Part shown: piece by piece, positions 29,401 through 38,552 of the stretch | How positions within the stretch are numbered: the stretch's first letter is position 1 | Layout of the letters: each line of letters starts with the position of its first letter | IMG/VR virus record: IMGVR_UViG_3300032285_000709 | Span: 10,856-74,855 of that record | From: a virus | Reading direction: 5' to 3' (one strand) | Length of the DNA stretch: 64,000 nucleotides | Program-made: the position numbers and the translations under genes | Notes under the pieces: generated by a model | The model's database searches: none | What the model was told of the DNA's origin: nothing | Seen by the model: the letters and a program-made list of their open reading frames with translations, nothing else

Positions 29401-32400
29401 GGTGGGACAACTGTTACTAACGTTAGCACAACATCAAACGTAGTTAATATTAGTCCAAATGCTATCGGAACTGTTGCTCCAAGTACTACGTTATATTTTG
29501 ACAGCGTATATCAAGCGGCAAATAAACGTTATGTAGATAGTCAGTCTCAGATAGCGAAGATGCGTGATGTATCGTTAGTTAATTCAGCTGACGGTGACCT
29601 AATGATGTTTGGCAGTAATATTACTGCTTCTAGTTCAACAGTCACTCCATTATATAATTCTGCTAGACAAGTTGTTAACGTTGCTAACAGCAGTTCTGTA
29701 ATTACTAATACTCCATTAACAAGAGGAGGTGGTAGCGACATTACAATTAGCCGTAATGGACGTTTCGCTACATTTAAATTAGTAGGTGGCCAAGGATCAA
29801 CAAATCCAATTACCGATTATCATATTAATTCTGCGGCGGCTATTGCTCAGAGTAAATTATCATTGCAAGATGCAAAAGCAATATATAATACCGCACCTTT
29901 AAGTTTCAATCAGAGTTTATTAGGTGTTGCAACATTTAATAGCACTCAGTTTAGTGCAAGTAATGGTTGGGTAAGTATTAATCTTACCAGCAACCTAACT
30001 ACGCAGAGTTTAATTCCATCACAGAATGGAACATACGATCTTGGTAGTACAGGTAATAAGTTTGGAAATGTTTACGCTAATACATTGTTTGGTTCCATTG
30101 ACGCTGGACAAATTGGTGGCACACTAGGCATTGAAAACGGTGGAACAGCCGCAGGTACTGCCAGTGGTGCGTTAACTAATATTTTAGCAGGCGCTTCAAA
30201 CCAACCTTCAGTTGGATTTGTATTGAAAGCCAGTGGTACTGGACAGTTCTATTGGGCACAAGAATTAGGCGGCGGATTACAAACTGGTACTAAGATTCTT
30301 ACACAGCGTTTAGGAACTACAGTAGCATCAAACGGTCAAACAGTATTCACTGCGCCAACATACAGCATAGGTGCAGGTCAACTTCGCGTTTATGTTAACG
30401 GTGTTCGCCAAAGCGTAGATAGAAACGACTATACTGAAACAAGTACAACAACCTTTACGTTAGGTACTGGTTTAAACACAGGTGATTATGTTTTAGCTGA
30501 AGTTGATGGATACTATTTCTTCCAAGTTAATGCTAACGCAGTTGCATATACTGCCAGCTATCCATTAACTGCTAACAACGTACAAGATGCAATTGATCAG
30601 TTAAATGCCAACAAGTACGCAAAAACAGGCGGCACAATTACAGGTGATGTAACTATCGATACTGGTAAGGCATTATATCTAGCGGCCGGTACATCTACTA
30701 AGCCTGCCTTAAAATTGATTGCAGGTACAACGTTAACAGCTCCTCAAGTAGGTGCTATTGAATTTGACGGCACATATTTGTATTATACACAAACTGCTGG
30801 TACAACACGCATGGCAGTAGCAAGTCAAACTTATGTAAATGCGCAAGGTTTCTTGAAGTATGCTGACAATATTACAAGTGCTAATACATCAACATACTCA
30901 ACATACGCTGTGTATGCACAAAAAGCAGATACATCTACCTACGCGGCTATCGCTCCATGGAATGGATTAACTGGTACACCTCCAAGCAACACTATATTTG
31001 CTAACGGTGCGGCCTACTTAACATCGTCAGGTACAATTGACAATGCTGTAACAGCCGGAACTGCTAATAATCTTAACAGCGCAAATAGCTACCAAGTTAC
31101 TCGATTAGGTATTGGCCAAGCATTAGGTGCCGCCTACTTAACTATTGCGGCTGGTACTACTGTGCAGTCGGCTATTCAGTTGAACGTGGGCTCAACATTA
31201 ACCAATGCCGTAGTGGGCGCAGTTGAATGGGACGGTAGTAACCTTTACTTAACCAGCCAAGGTCCGACACGACATACAGTCGCTTACCAAGACTGGGTTA
31301 CTGCACAAGGATTCCAAACTGCATCAGGTAACGTACAACAGTCTAATTTAGCAACTACAGCTACATACGTTGTTAACGGTGTTTACACTACTGGTAGCTA
31401 TCCAAACCCAGCGTGGATTACCAGCTACGATGTTTCCAAAGTTACAAATGGTGTATCATCTGCATTAACTTATAGCAATCCAACATTCATTAGTGCGTTA
31501 GATGCAGGTAAATTAACAAGCGGTACTATTCCAAGTGCTACATTAGGTAACAGTTCATTATATATCGGTAGTACTCAAGTAGCATTGAATCGTGCAAGTG
31601 CTAATTTAAGCCTAGCAGGAATTCCGTCTATCGCAATGCCCGGTTCAACAAGTGGAACTATCACTTTACAACCTGCGGCGGTTGCTGGCAGTAACACATT
31701 AACACTACCTGCACAAACAGGCTCGTTAGCAGTTACTGGAGATAGCTTCTATATTGGTAGCACACAGGTTGCTAATAATAGAGCAAGTGGCAATTTAGCA
31801 TTAGCAGGTATTAGCAGTATTACATTGGCAGGTGCAACAAGCGGTAGTACAGTATTGCAACCTTCTGCAACTGCATCGGGTACATTAACATTACCGGCCG
31901 CAACTGGTACACTTGATCTAGTAGGTGCTACATTCTACATTGGTACTACCGCTATCACTAATAACCGTAGTAGTGCGGCGCAAGCGTTAACTGGAATTAA
32001 CAGTATCGACGGTACTGCGGCCAACGTTGCTAATGCCTTAACATTTAAAAATGATGGAACAGGCGCAGTAGCCGATAGTACATACAACGGCGGAACTGCT
32101 AGAAATATATCTTATAACTCAATTGGGGCGGCACCAGTAGGACAAACATTCTACATCGGTACTACGCAAGTAGCAATCAACCGTGCAACTGGTTCTTTAT
32201 CATTAACAGGAGTAAGTATCGACGGTAACGCCGGTACCGTTACAAACGGTGTTTACACAAACAGCACATTGTATATTGGTACTACTGCTATTACAATGAA
32301 CCGTTCAAGTGGCGCACAATCATTGACGGGTATCAACATTGACGGTAGTGCAGGATCAGCAGGATCAGCAAGTTGGGCAACTAACATCCGTGTTAGCTCA

Positions 32401-32868
32401 ACTGACTATGCAGGTGCTACAGCCGCAACAATAAACACAGTTGCATTACGTGATGGTTCAGGAAACTTAACAGCTAATACATTTAACGGTAACCTAAGCG
32501 GTAACGCTACATCAGCTAACTATGCTGACTTGGCAGAGAAATACACAACAGATGTTGAGTATGCTCCAGGTACAGTAGTAATGGTAGGTGGCAACGAAGA
32601 AGTTACTGCGGTAACAGGTCCAGATTGCTGGGTACTAGGTGTTATATCAACTAACCCTGCTCACTTGATGAATGCTGGTGCTAACGGACAACCGATAGCG
32701 TTGACAGGTCGTGTACCAGTTAAATTAAATGTTGCAGTTAAGAAAGGTGACCCGATTTACCCAGACGTAAACGGCGGCGCAACAAATGTAAGTAATGGAC
32801 GTCATCCATTTGGCTTTGCATTAACAACTACCACTGAGCCAGGCTTAGTAGAGTGTGCTATCAAATAA
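23479..32868 (+). CDS. giant tail fibre / baseplate-associated structural protein, 3129 aa
   Basis: N-terminal NDGTGDAIRDAFNKVN.NF, repeated A(T/N)KxYVD motifs, G.GYT repeats, C-terminal YADLAE chaperone-like domain. Confidence 0.85.
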   Translation: MPSISTASLIQSINLGAQSNDGTGDAIRDAFNKVNQNFSTIAGVLGVGSGLYFTKLIDTPHVLSPNKLIVTNPTGLTLTQVSLVGRNGIQLTLDQTAKTLTVDSTITNLVRDPNPILANNLSGNYVYRGVNFVDPVDDQDVATKKWIYDNFLNRDGNYEYISNTNPITHANVTATIVEGSTIRHNIQLTPSGANTSTNTGKTITVFTASGTTSTVDISRGQWLPSHVTRKDYVDTKISLQGTSTIDPFTGQINTGFGKMTGGLELFRSPAESDSPLIAATKAYVDENSPISKINFYVSLAGNDARYDVPSYKRGRSLAYAFKSIGKAAAAAIESEAVSEIKLGPYQRFITTDNYQTNVQISSTSTSLIPNAIKLNVTYNGGLGTDPFKERSIRPGMFLQGADSNAMANILNISLASNSNVEEYYEVQYVDYAQTFTSAITADKLSGDVTFTLFNYNIVPIPDFWIGYIFQLEQSVGGQSGKIIKVGTTYDPNGNVYDTFTVRMDSDLTNLNAISGTNWHVYSGYFIQGENLRYGQKYNKLEISLIVESGEYNEQFPIRMADNVSLRGDEFRRTIFKPAYVNGTARASISTSPWVNIWFRRDTQVDGLITCAISTATDYASTLTQVSVIPSSVTNDATTGVTTFTLSTSSSVTTPKNWTNKVFAKYNPDGKTYAAVGTITAVNQNTFFVNLAENYDNQRSIGSTATIASGAWHVFDPINFGYHYLRDPSKPANYIAGPNSGGHVHAYNIIQGNIEFLKSEIFGYVNQKYSGQFVLDPVKCKRDIGILLNAIAYDLKFGDINQSINAADSFVSDPSILSTSYGAKLPLTVDMVGYINTILQRVLINVAPTTKYSVAVQTTFSYSAESVALFTIADLTAAMQAIINKDPSFNPAKYNDQLDVFLMNDATILRYCGGQGHGGFMKVLDPEGQIKSKSPYTQTCSSFSRSVGHHTFSGGMLVDGFCGNLPLTVTTPGQAAQADTQGNLIFIPVSGLVRKPQFPCFFIDNGISYEVDYMNSYNSLAGTAVLALNSNNPGGFQSVSIQNAAAEFQASRTQSNPIYCTFINPGIAGAISAKGFVTTDANGVINGFNVTFPGKGYVGQPTIIVGQATFNFSIVGGVIKSMTVNNGGSGYTTGTKLTISSPGGGGTQATATITGVDGNGAITSVNLSYGGTGYSLSVTPTVTFGLQSFSAVLKNGFVGPLPFNIELNTAGNRSMLANDYTQINDLGYGVFATNGGLIENVSMFTYYNWTSYYALNGAQVRSITGSSCYGFYGLVSEGSNPLEIPTPVTLPDQLTQVATVYNQAPYQNVAGGAQFYVTIDSTYGYAPFAGSEVEVNHYGIRKIYNIQNASQVVNNVYVLSIDTTAIGGIYAAIPDGTPVTIRLQTQFRLYGLNASAVTRPSTVLTLNEESTYIYRILNYVNLGSDYVLAESEEAYDYISITPYTINSNFRQGIGRPSFISTGSGYTTTANWTATVVTPTTKSAVVLGNQGTAQVGVTQLSIASASGPIHPGMTITGNGVLSGQQVLWVSADTSVIQTTLAQQWTASTTLSFIGSTATAYAVSDQASGYITNLVITDPGVGYDSAPAVTIWPSPVGVSGNASVTVSLSGMVGSNVIKTSNIKSSDIARINAGLTASTPYYYQFGYEGQMYKITKYVPAGTRTKYNDTSVTGGSWNEIEITPIQSGATSMTKELWYSSTQPLYAGIEKNQGGAVTIQISTMRATGHDMLNVGTGGYASSKYPNDLYGPPTYLPDAGKITREVGKGRVYSVTTDQDGNFRVGKYFSVDQGRGTVTINAPIALSGISKLSFKKGVEVDNFSIDETMAGNSPRTVPTESAIVGYVGRRLGFDTSGNKTSVLGPGAIATNGVIPMAAPLNMAGNKVTNVGTPTGGTDAANKDYADDKISKRGTNELFYKGGQGAGVMSGSLILNGDPKVVTHTLSSQVNSGDGLLYLDSTAGIVPGMQVTYDPGVGSFGFIGGTTVTNVSTTSNVVNISPNAIGTVAPSTTLYFDSVYQAANKRYVDSQSQIAKMRDVSLVNSADGDLMMFGSNITASSSTVTPLYNSARQVVNVANSSSVITNTPLTRGGGSDITISRNGRFATFKLVGGQGSTNPITDYHINSAAAIAQSKLSLQDAKAIYNTAPLSFNQSLLGVATFNSTQFSASNGWVSINLTSNLTTQSLIPSQNGTYDLGSTGNKFGNVYANTLFGSIDAGQIGGTLGIENGGTAAGTASGALTNILAGASNQPSVGFVLKASGTGQFYWAQELGGGLQTGTKILTQRLGTTVASNGQTVFTAPTYSIGAGQLRVYVNGVRQSVDRNDYTETSTTTFTLGTGLNTGDYVLAEVDGYYFFQVNANAVAYTASYPLTANNVQDAIDQLNANKYAKTGGTITGDVTIDTGKALYLAAGTSTKPALKLIAGTTLTAPQVGAIEFDGTYLYYTQTAGTTRMAVASQTYVNAQGFLKYADNITSANTSTYSTYAVYAQKADTSTYAAIAPWNGLTGTPPSNTIFANGAAYLTSSGTIDNAVTAGTANNLNSANSYQVTRLGIGQALGAAYLTIAAGTTVQSAIQLNVGSTLTNAVVGAVEWDGSNLYLTSQGPTRHTVAYQDWVTAQGFQTASGNVQQSNLATTATYVVNGVYTTGSYPNPAWITSYDVSKVTNGVSSALTYSNPTFISALDAGKLTSGTIPSATLGNSSLYIGSTQVALNRASANLSLAGIPSIAMPGSTSGTITLQPAAVAGSNTLTLPAQTGSLAVTGDSFYIGSTQVANNRASGNLALAGISSITLAGATSGSTVLQPSATASGTLTLPAATGTLDLVGATFYIGTTAITNNRSSAAQALTGINSIDGTAANVANALTFKNDGTGAVADSTYNGGTARNISYNSIGAAPVGQTFYIGTTQVAINRATGSLSLTGVSIDGNAGTVTNGVYTNSTLYIGTTAITMNRSSGAQSLTGINIDGSAGSAGSASWATNIRVSSTDYAGATAATINTVALRDGSGNLTANTFNGNLSGNATSANYADLAEKYTTDVEYAPGTVVMVGGNEEVTAVTGPDCWVLGVISTNPAHLMNAGANGQPIALTGRVPVKLNVAVKKGDPIYPDVNGGATNVSNGRHPFGFALTTTTEPGLVECAIK
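31552..32340 (+). repeat. five degenerate ~24-aa repeats (F/L)YIG(S/T)TxxxxNRxxxxxxLxG(I/V)
   Basis: visible in the translation of the 3129-aa ORF. Confidence 0.8.
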
Positions 32869-32881
32869 TTAGGAAAATATC

Positions 32882-33445
32882 ATGGTAACAAAAGTAAGAA
32901 GCGATACGTTAGATAGCAGTCTAGTACTAGATGTTGTTTCAATCTCAATGAATAATCCGGGATCTATAACTGGATTACAGACGATTTCCGGCCTAACATC
33001 ACTATCGGCCAGCGGAACCTGCACAGTAAATGGTACATACATATTAGGTAGTAATTCTTCATTCCAAGCCACGTATGCTGACTTGGCAGAAAAATATACC
33101 AGTGATGAATTTTACGAACCAGGAACTGTTGTAGTATTCGGTGGAAAGAAAGAAATTACGATTAGCACAGAAGCAGGTTGTAGAAATATTGCTGGAGTAA
33201 TTTCAAGTTACCCGGCATACGTAATGAACACAGATTGCTACGGTCCAGAGGTGGCACTATTAGGACGAGTTCCTTGTCGTGTAGTAGGTACTATTAAAAA
33301 GGGAGACTTAATGGTTGCAAGTAGCATGCCAGGAGTTGCTACATCTAGTGATGATCCAAAGGTCGGATCTGTTATTGGCAAAGCCCTTGAAAATTATGAC
33401 AGTGAATTCCCTGGCATGATCGAGGTTGTTGTAGGAAGAGTTTAA
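32882..33445 (+). CDS. structural protein with YADLAE intramolecular-chaperone-like domain
   Basis: paralogous to C-terminus of upstream giant protein (YADLAEKY..PGTVV..GRVP). Confidence 0.75.
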   Translation: MVTKVRSDTLDSSLVLDVVSISMNNPGSITGLQTISGLTSLSASGTCTVNGTYILGSNSSFQATYADLAEKYTSDEFYEPGTVVVFGGKKEITISTEAGCRNIAGVISSYPAYVMNTDCYGPEVALLGRVPCRVVGTIKKGDLMVASSMPGVATSSDDPKVGSVIGKALENYDSEFPGMIEVVVGRV

Positions 33446-36291
33446 TGTCATCTCCACCAAAATGGATCACTCCTGCTGGAAGTATCGGTACGTATGTACA
33501 GTCTCAAGAAGCATCATTTGTACTAGAAGCAGTTGGGGCGTCCGACTTTGATCTTATATCCGGAACACCTCCAGGATTTTTTAACTTTCATATTACTACA
33601 GGTACTTCATTAACAGAGGTTACTTCTTTAGAAATTCGTGGTACTCCGTACACCTTTAATGAAAACATTTCATCAACCATAGTATTACGTGCATCAAATA
33701 TATATGGCGTTACAGATCGTACATTTATTTTAAATGTTACAGGTCCTGTTGCTCCTACATGGGTTACTCCAGAAGGATATTTGGAAGTTGGTCCAAAAGC
33801 AGAACCATACTGCCTTAATAAAAATCGTGTAGATATTTTATTACGTGCAGAAACAAATAAACTTCCACAAGGTAAAGAGTTAACATATTACATTGCAGAA
33901 GGCGACGGAACATTGCCGCCAGGACTAAGATTAAATGGAAAGACAGGTCTAATTAACGGATATGTAAATGATAACCTAACTCTAGACTTCAATGCCAGCA
34001 AAATTGGCGGATATGATGCAGAATCGTATGACGCATATCCTTATGATCACGTAGTATTTTTTAATAAGAACCCTGACGGAGTTCCTACGTCAATTAGTAA
34101 AATTTATCCTTTCTATGTTACTGTAACAGATGGCGTTTCTAGTTCTAGACAAAAATTTAAAATTCGAGTTGAGGATCCTAATGCGTTCCGTGCAGACACA
34201 ACACAGATTGATGTCGACACCACTGACTTTTTAGCAGACATCGGTTATCTTCAAACACCAGTATGGGTGGCGGCTGACAACAGCTTATTACCTAATCCTG
34301 CTAACCTCGGCACTATTCGAGCAAATAATAATCATGGAATAGACTTAACAGTATTCGATCCTTATCCTTTTGTTGGTCCAATAACATTTGATTGGGAGTT
34401 AATTCGAGTTAATCCAGAAGTTAGAGTGTTAACTGATAGTCAGAATAATGCAATTTATCTGCCAACTAGAAATTTAGCTGTACAGAATCAAATATATCTC
34501 AGTAAAACTATCGGCGTTCCGTTAGTCGGGATGCAAGTACAACTGGCTCCTTATGTTACTGTAGCAGATAACTTTGTGTATAATATAACACAAGTTGAAA
34601 AGTTCGGTGACTACGGTTATATTCTAACTCTTGACACACCTTTAAAATTTGATATTCCAGACAAGACCAATCTGTATATAGGATCAGCCAGTGTGCATCC
34701 AACCGGGTTAGATCTAGATCCGGAAACAGGATTGCTGTACGGCAGAATCCCTTATCAACCTGCATATAGTCAGACATATAGATTTACTGTTAGAATCACA
34801 AAAAGTGATTATGATACTAACGATAGTGTTTCCGACAATCAAATCTTTAACATAACAGTCAAAGGCGATGTTGAGAATCCTATTATATGGGTAACTGATA
34901 CAGACTTAGGATATATTCTTCCTGGCTACGTTAGTGATCTAAGCGTTACCGCCAAACATGCAACTGTCGGTCTTGACATTGTGTATAGCCTTACTGGCGG
35001 ATCTTTGCCTCCTGGTCTAAGTTTAACCAATCAAGGAAATATTACAGGTTCCATTCCCTACAACATCCAGACTAACTTTGATGCAACAGCGTTAGGCTTT
35101 GGAGCAACTTCATTTGATTTAGGTCGTACAACATTTGATAAACAATATCATTTCAATATTACTGCTCGAGACAGCTATCTATTGTCAGCAGTATCTAAAG
35201 ACTTTACGATTGAAATTGAAGAAACATCAATTACTCCATACACAAATATTTTCGTAAGTCCGTTACTGACTCCAGATCAAAGATCTTATGTTAAGTCATT
35301 AGTTAGCGATCCTGTAGTTTTTGACAGAAGTTTATTATACAAATCTGATGATCCTAATTTTGGTGTACAGAATAAAGTTAAGATGACTATCGAATATGGT
35401 GTCCAACAGATTGATATAGATGCATACACTCCTGCGCTAACCAATTACTTTCAAAGAAAGCGTTACTACTTTGGAGATCTAAAAACTGCACAAGCAGTTG
35501 ATGATACCGGAACTGTATTATATGATGTAATCTATGTAGACATTATTGATGATCAGATGGACGGCAACAAAATTAGTGTCAGTCCTAGTTTTACTCAAAT
35601 TGTTAATGGTTCTATTGTAACTTATTATCCAGATAGTATCATTAACGAACAAGGCGCACTGGCATTAATATCTCCTACCCAAGGACAATTGATCAGTGTA
35701 GATGGACAGCTACGACCAAAGTTCATGCAAACATTACAGCAAGCAACTGGAACTCCTTTAGGATTCATTAAAGCATTTATTTTATGCTATACTATTCCTA
35801 ATAGATCAAGTGATATTATTACAAACATTAAAAATAAAGGGTTTGACTTTAAAAATATCGACTTTGATATCGATCGCATCACTGTTGAAAATGCTATTTC
35901 TGCAAGAACTACCGCAGTAACCGTTTCGCCCACTGACGATTATCCTAATATAATAACACTATCTGAAATCAGCGGTTTGTTGCCAGGGATGCAATGTTTA
36001 TTTAGAGGAGTTGAACAAGGTACTGTAATTACTTACGTTGATGTTCCAAACTCGCAAATTACTATAAGCAACCCCATTCAGCTTAGAATACCGTTTGGTT
36101 CCGTATTGAACTTCAATTTAGGAGTTAAACAGCTGGTATTTGGACTAACTGCGGCCCAGGGTGGTGGTGTAAGTACATCATTCTACCTAGATACAGAAAG
36201 CTATAATGCGGCAACAGATCCAAATCCAGATAATGCGCTATTTGCAGATACAGATATCGATACGGAAGATGGCAGTCCATTATCAATATAA
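33445..36291 (+). CDS. virion protein with Ig-like (He_PIG/cadherin-type) repeats
   Basis: repeated P.W.T, G.LPPGL.L...G.I.G, Y.F.V. Confidence 0.8.
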   Translation: MSSPPKWITPAGSIGTYVQSQEASFVLEAVGASDFDLISGTPPGFFNFHITTGTSLTEVTSLEIRGTPYTFNENISSTIVLRASNIYGVTDRTFILNVTGPVAPTWVTPEGYLEVGPKAEPYCLNKNRVDILLRAETNKLPQGKELTYYIAEGDGTLPPGLRLNGKTGLINGYVNDNLTLDFNASKIGGYDAESYDAYPYDHVVFFNKNPDGVPTSISKIYPFYVTVTDGVSSSRQKFKIRVEDPNAFRADTTQIDVDTTDFLADIGYLQTPVWVAADNSLLPNPANLGTIRANNNHGIDLTVFDPYPFVGPITFDWELIRVNPEVRVLTDSQNNAIYLPTRNLAVQNQIYLSKTIGVPLVGMQVQLAPYVTVADNFVYNITQVEKFGDYGYILTLDTPLKFDIPDKTNLYIGSASVHPTGLDLDPETGLLYGRIPYQPAYSQTYRFTVRITKSDYDTNDSVSDNQIFNITVKGDVENPIIWVTDTDLGYILPGYVSDLSVTAKHATVGLDIVYSLTGGSLPPGLSLTNQGNITGSIPYNIQTNFDATALGFGATSFDLGRTTFDKQYHFNITARDSYLLSAVSKDFTIEIEETSITPYTNIFVSPLLTPDQRSYVKSLVSDPVVFDRSLLYKSDDPNFGVQNKVKMTIEYGVQQIDIDAYTPALTNYFQRKRYYFGDLKTAQAVDDTGTVLYDVIYVDIIDDQMDGNKISVSPSFTQIVNGSIVTYYPDSIINEQGALALISPTQGQLISVDGQLRPKFMQTLQQATGTPLGFIKAFILCYTIPNRSSDIITNIKNKGFDFKNIDFDIDRITVENAISARTTAVTVSPTDDYPNIITLSEISGLLPGMQCLFRGVEQGTVITYVDVPNSQITISNPIQLRIPFGSVLNFNLGVKQLVFGLTAAQGGGVSTSFYLDTESYNAATDPNPDNALFADTDIDTEDGSPLSI

Positions 36292-36315
36292 ATATAAAAC
36301 TACTGAGGAATTAAC

Positions 36316-36894
36316 ATGGCAAGACAGAATACAGTAACCAATTGGTCAAACAGCATTAGTACTGTTTATCCCGTCGCAGGTCAGGATAACGATACGCAAG
36401 GATTTAGAGACAATTTTACCAATATTAAAAATGCGTTCACTAATGCATCAAAGCAATTTAGCGATATTAATAGTAATGGAGTGTTTGTTGATCAAACAAA
36501 TGATCTCGGCGGAAATATTTTACAAAATGCCACATTACAATCATCTGGTCAATTAGTATTAGATAACACGTTAGTTCCAGTAGGAGGTTCGCAGACTGTA
36601 GATTTTACAGAAGGCAATTATCAAAAGTGGGCGTTGAATTCGTCAACTAACTTTACTGTTATCAATTGGCCAGCTTCTAAAATCTATGCTTCAGTGAAGC
36701 TAGAATTACATAACACTTCTGCAACTAACATTACAGTTAGTGTTTTAACAGGAACAAACACATTGCTATTAGATGCAATGACCAGTACAGCGTTTCCTGC
36801 AACATTGAATACTACTACTACATACATTTATGAAGTTGCTACTACTAACGGTGGAGTGACACAGTTAGCAAAACTATCAGGTAGATACAACTAA
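36316..36894 (+). CDS. virion structural protein (YPVAGQDNDTQGFRDNF)
   Basis: TATAAATA at 36287, GAGG RBS. Confidence 0.7.
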   Translation: MARQNTVTNWSNSISTVYPVAGQDNDTQGFRDNFTNIKNAFTNASKQFSDINSNGVFVDQTNDLGGNILQNATLQSSGQLVLDNTLVPVGGSQTVDFTEGNYQKWALNSSTNFTVINWPASKIYASVKLELHNTSATNITVSVLTGTNTLLLDAMTSTAFPATLNTTTTYIYEVATTNGGVTQLAKLSGRYN

Positions 36895-37133
36895 TGTTCA
36901 ACCCGTTATTGCCAAACCTTGGTGAGATTAAAGAAAACGATTTGGAGAATAAAATATCCGAGTTGACTAGAAAATATTTCATGGCATTGCGCACTAACGG
37001 GTATCTAGCAGAGCAAGTGTTGGTAAGTTTAGAAGCATACAAAGCCGAACTACGTCAACGACAAATTGCTTCTCAAAAATCCTTAATGGAAAAATCAAAC
37101 AAAGATCTAGACGATCTTATCAAAGTAGATTGA
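36894..37133 (+). CDS. hypothetical protein
   Basis: coupled ORF. Confidence 0.7.
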   Translation: MFNPLLPNLGEIKENDLENKISELTRKYFMALRTNGYLAEQVLVSLEAYKAELRQRQIASQKSLMEKSNKDLDDLIKVD

Positions 37134-37158
37134 CATTAACACCTAGGTGTGTTATACT
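37130..37158 (+). promoter_or_regulatory. sigma70 promoter TTGACA-17-TATACT
   Basis: ATG 6 nt downstream. Confidence 0.85.
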
Positions 37159-37164
37159 GTCACT

Positions 37165-37686
37165 ATGAAACTCTCTAAATACGGTCAAGTGATATTAAAC
37201 GCAGAGGATGTCTTTAACGGCATGTACTCTGGTAAAATCAAGTCGCTTGAAGATATTTTCTTAGACAGTCCAGAAGAATGTAAGAAATTCAATGAAAGTG
37301 TAAGGAAAAATCACGACCATATAGGAGTTTGTAAGGTTTTCTTAGAAAATGATATTACACAATCCGAGTTTGATGCTGTGAATCAAGAACAATGGTTTAT
37401 GCCCGAAGAGTATAAACTATACGATATAGTAGACTATTTGTATAGCCAGTGTCGTACATTAGAGCAAAAAGAAAGAGTAACTGAAGAACTTAAATTATTT
37501 GCTCAACATAATTTTATCATGGTTCTAAAATATCTTAAATACTTGGTAGATACTATGCGTAAAAACAATATTGTTTGGGGCGTAGGACGTGGCAGTTCTG
37601 TAGCCAGCTATTGTCTATACCTTATTGGGGTACATAAAGTAGACAGTATCAAATACGAGCTAGATATACATGAATTTTTAAAATAG
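37165..37686 (+). CDS. stand-alone DNA polymerase III alpha (DnaE) palm-region fragment
   Basis: RV.EEL, GVGRGSSVAS..LY.IGV..VD.IKY.L...EFL. Confidence 0.8.
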   Translation: MKLSKYGQVILNAEDVFNGMYSGKIKSLEDIFLDSPEECKKFNESVRKNHDHIGVCKVFLENDITQSEFDAVNQEQWFMPEEYKLYDIVDYLYSQCRTLEQKERVTEELKLFAQHNFIMVLKYLKYLVDTMRKNNIVWGVGRGSSVASYCLYLIGVHKVDSIKYELDIHEFLK

Positions 37687-37695
37687 GAGAATCTC

Positions 37696-37899
37696 ATGCC
37701 AAAATATAGATCAATGCAAGGTAAAGAAATAGACATGGACAAGTTGATCCAAGTTAACGAAACTGTACCTGCTGTAGGGAATGTACGTATGAACGCACGG
37801 GGTGATGAATTAGGTCCGGGCGGGAAAGTAGTAAAAACACGTGAAGATATAGTTTCACAATATTATCAAGATACGAAAGGTCAAGATGGGGATCTATGA
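37696..37899 (+). CDS. hypothetical protein (NARGDELGPGG)
   Basis: AGGAG RBS. Confidence 0.75.
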   Translation: MPKYRSMQGKEIDMDKLIQVNETVPAVGNVRMNARGDELGPGGKVVKTREDIVSQYYQDTKGQDGDL

Positions 37900-38296
37900 T
37901 AAATCGGGTTCGATTACAAAAGTAAGCGGAACCTTCCGAGCCTTGCATGACAAGGTGTTTGTAACTGATATGGAATTCGGAGAAGAAGTTACTAAAAGCG
38001 GTATCGTGTTGCAAAGCGATAACGGTAAGAGTGAAGGTGTTCGTCCTCGCTGGGGTCGAGTATGGGCCGTCGGGCCTGAACAGAAAGATGTCAAAGTCGG
38101 TGAATGGGTTCTAGTTGAACACAGCCGTTGGACACGTACTATTCATTACGAAGAGCCAGACGGAAGTGTTGTAGAAATTCGCATGGTCGAACTAGATTCA
38201 ATGATCTTATCAGCAGACGAAAAACCAGACGATAGCGTTGATCGTAGAACAGCAATCGGTGCTGGTTCAAATGTTAACTTTAATATTCCAGGATAA
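37886..38296 (+). CDS. groES: GroES-like co-chaperonin
   Basis: ALHDKVFV, TKSGIVL, G.V.AVGP, VKVGE.VL. Confidence 0.85.
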   Translation: MGIYDKSGSITKVSGTFRALHDKVFVTDMEFGEEVTKSGIVLQSDNGKSEGVRPRWGRVWAVGPEQKDVKVGEWVLVEHSRWTRTIHYEEPDGSVVEIRMVELDSMILSADEKPDDSVDRRTAIGAGSNVNFNIPG

Positions 38297-38299
38297 ATT

Positions 38300-38506
38300 A
38301 TGGATCAGTACAAACATCAGGACGAAGACTATAAAGTTGAACAGGTAAAAGATACAATTACACCTGCGCAACTTGAAGAGCAGTTAAACAAACTAACTGC
38401 TATGGTCGCTCATCTAACTAAAAAGGTTGAATTTTTAGAAAGACAAGATCAGCGCAGTCGTTCTAGTTTCGAACAAATCCAATCGCGTATCGCCGCAAGA
38501 AAATAA
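38300..38506 (+). CDS. hypothetical coiled-coil protein
   Basis: AGGA RBS. Confidence 0.65.
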   Translation: MDQYKHQDEDYKVEQVKDTITPAQLEEQLNKLTAMVAHLTKKVEFLERQDQRSRSSFEQIQSRIAARK

Positions 38507-38507
38507 A

Positions 38508-38545
38508 AATAGGGCTTGACACAGCCCTATTCTTCCCTGTATAAT
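38508..38545 (+). promoter_or_regulatory. hairpin AATAGGGCT/AGCCCTATT overlapping a sigma70 promoter TTGACA-18-TATAAT
   Basis: -35 lies in the hairpin loop; ATG 7 nt after -10. Confidence 0.7.
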
Positions 38546-38552
38546 TAGGGAT

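Noticed and set aside
23479-33445. Diversity-generating retroelement acting on the fibre tip
   Set aside because: No reverse transcriptase in window and no adenine-specific TR/VR pair; shared sequence is short paralogy
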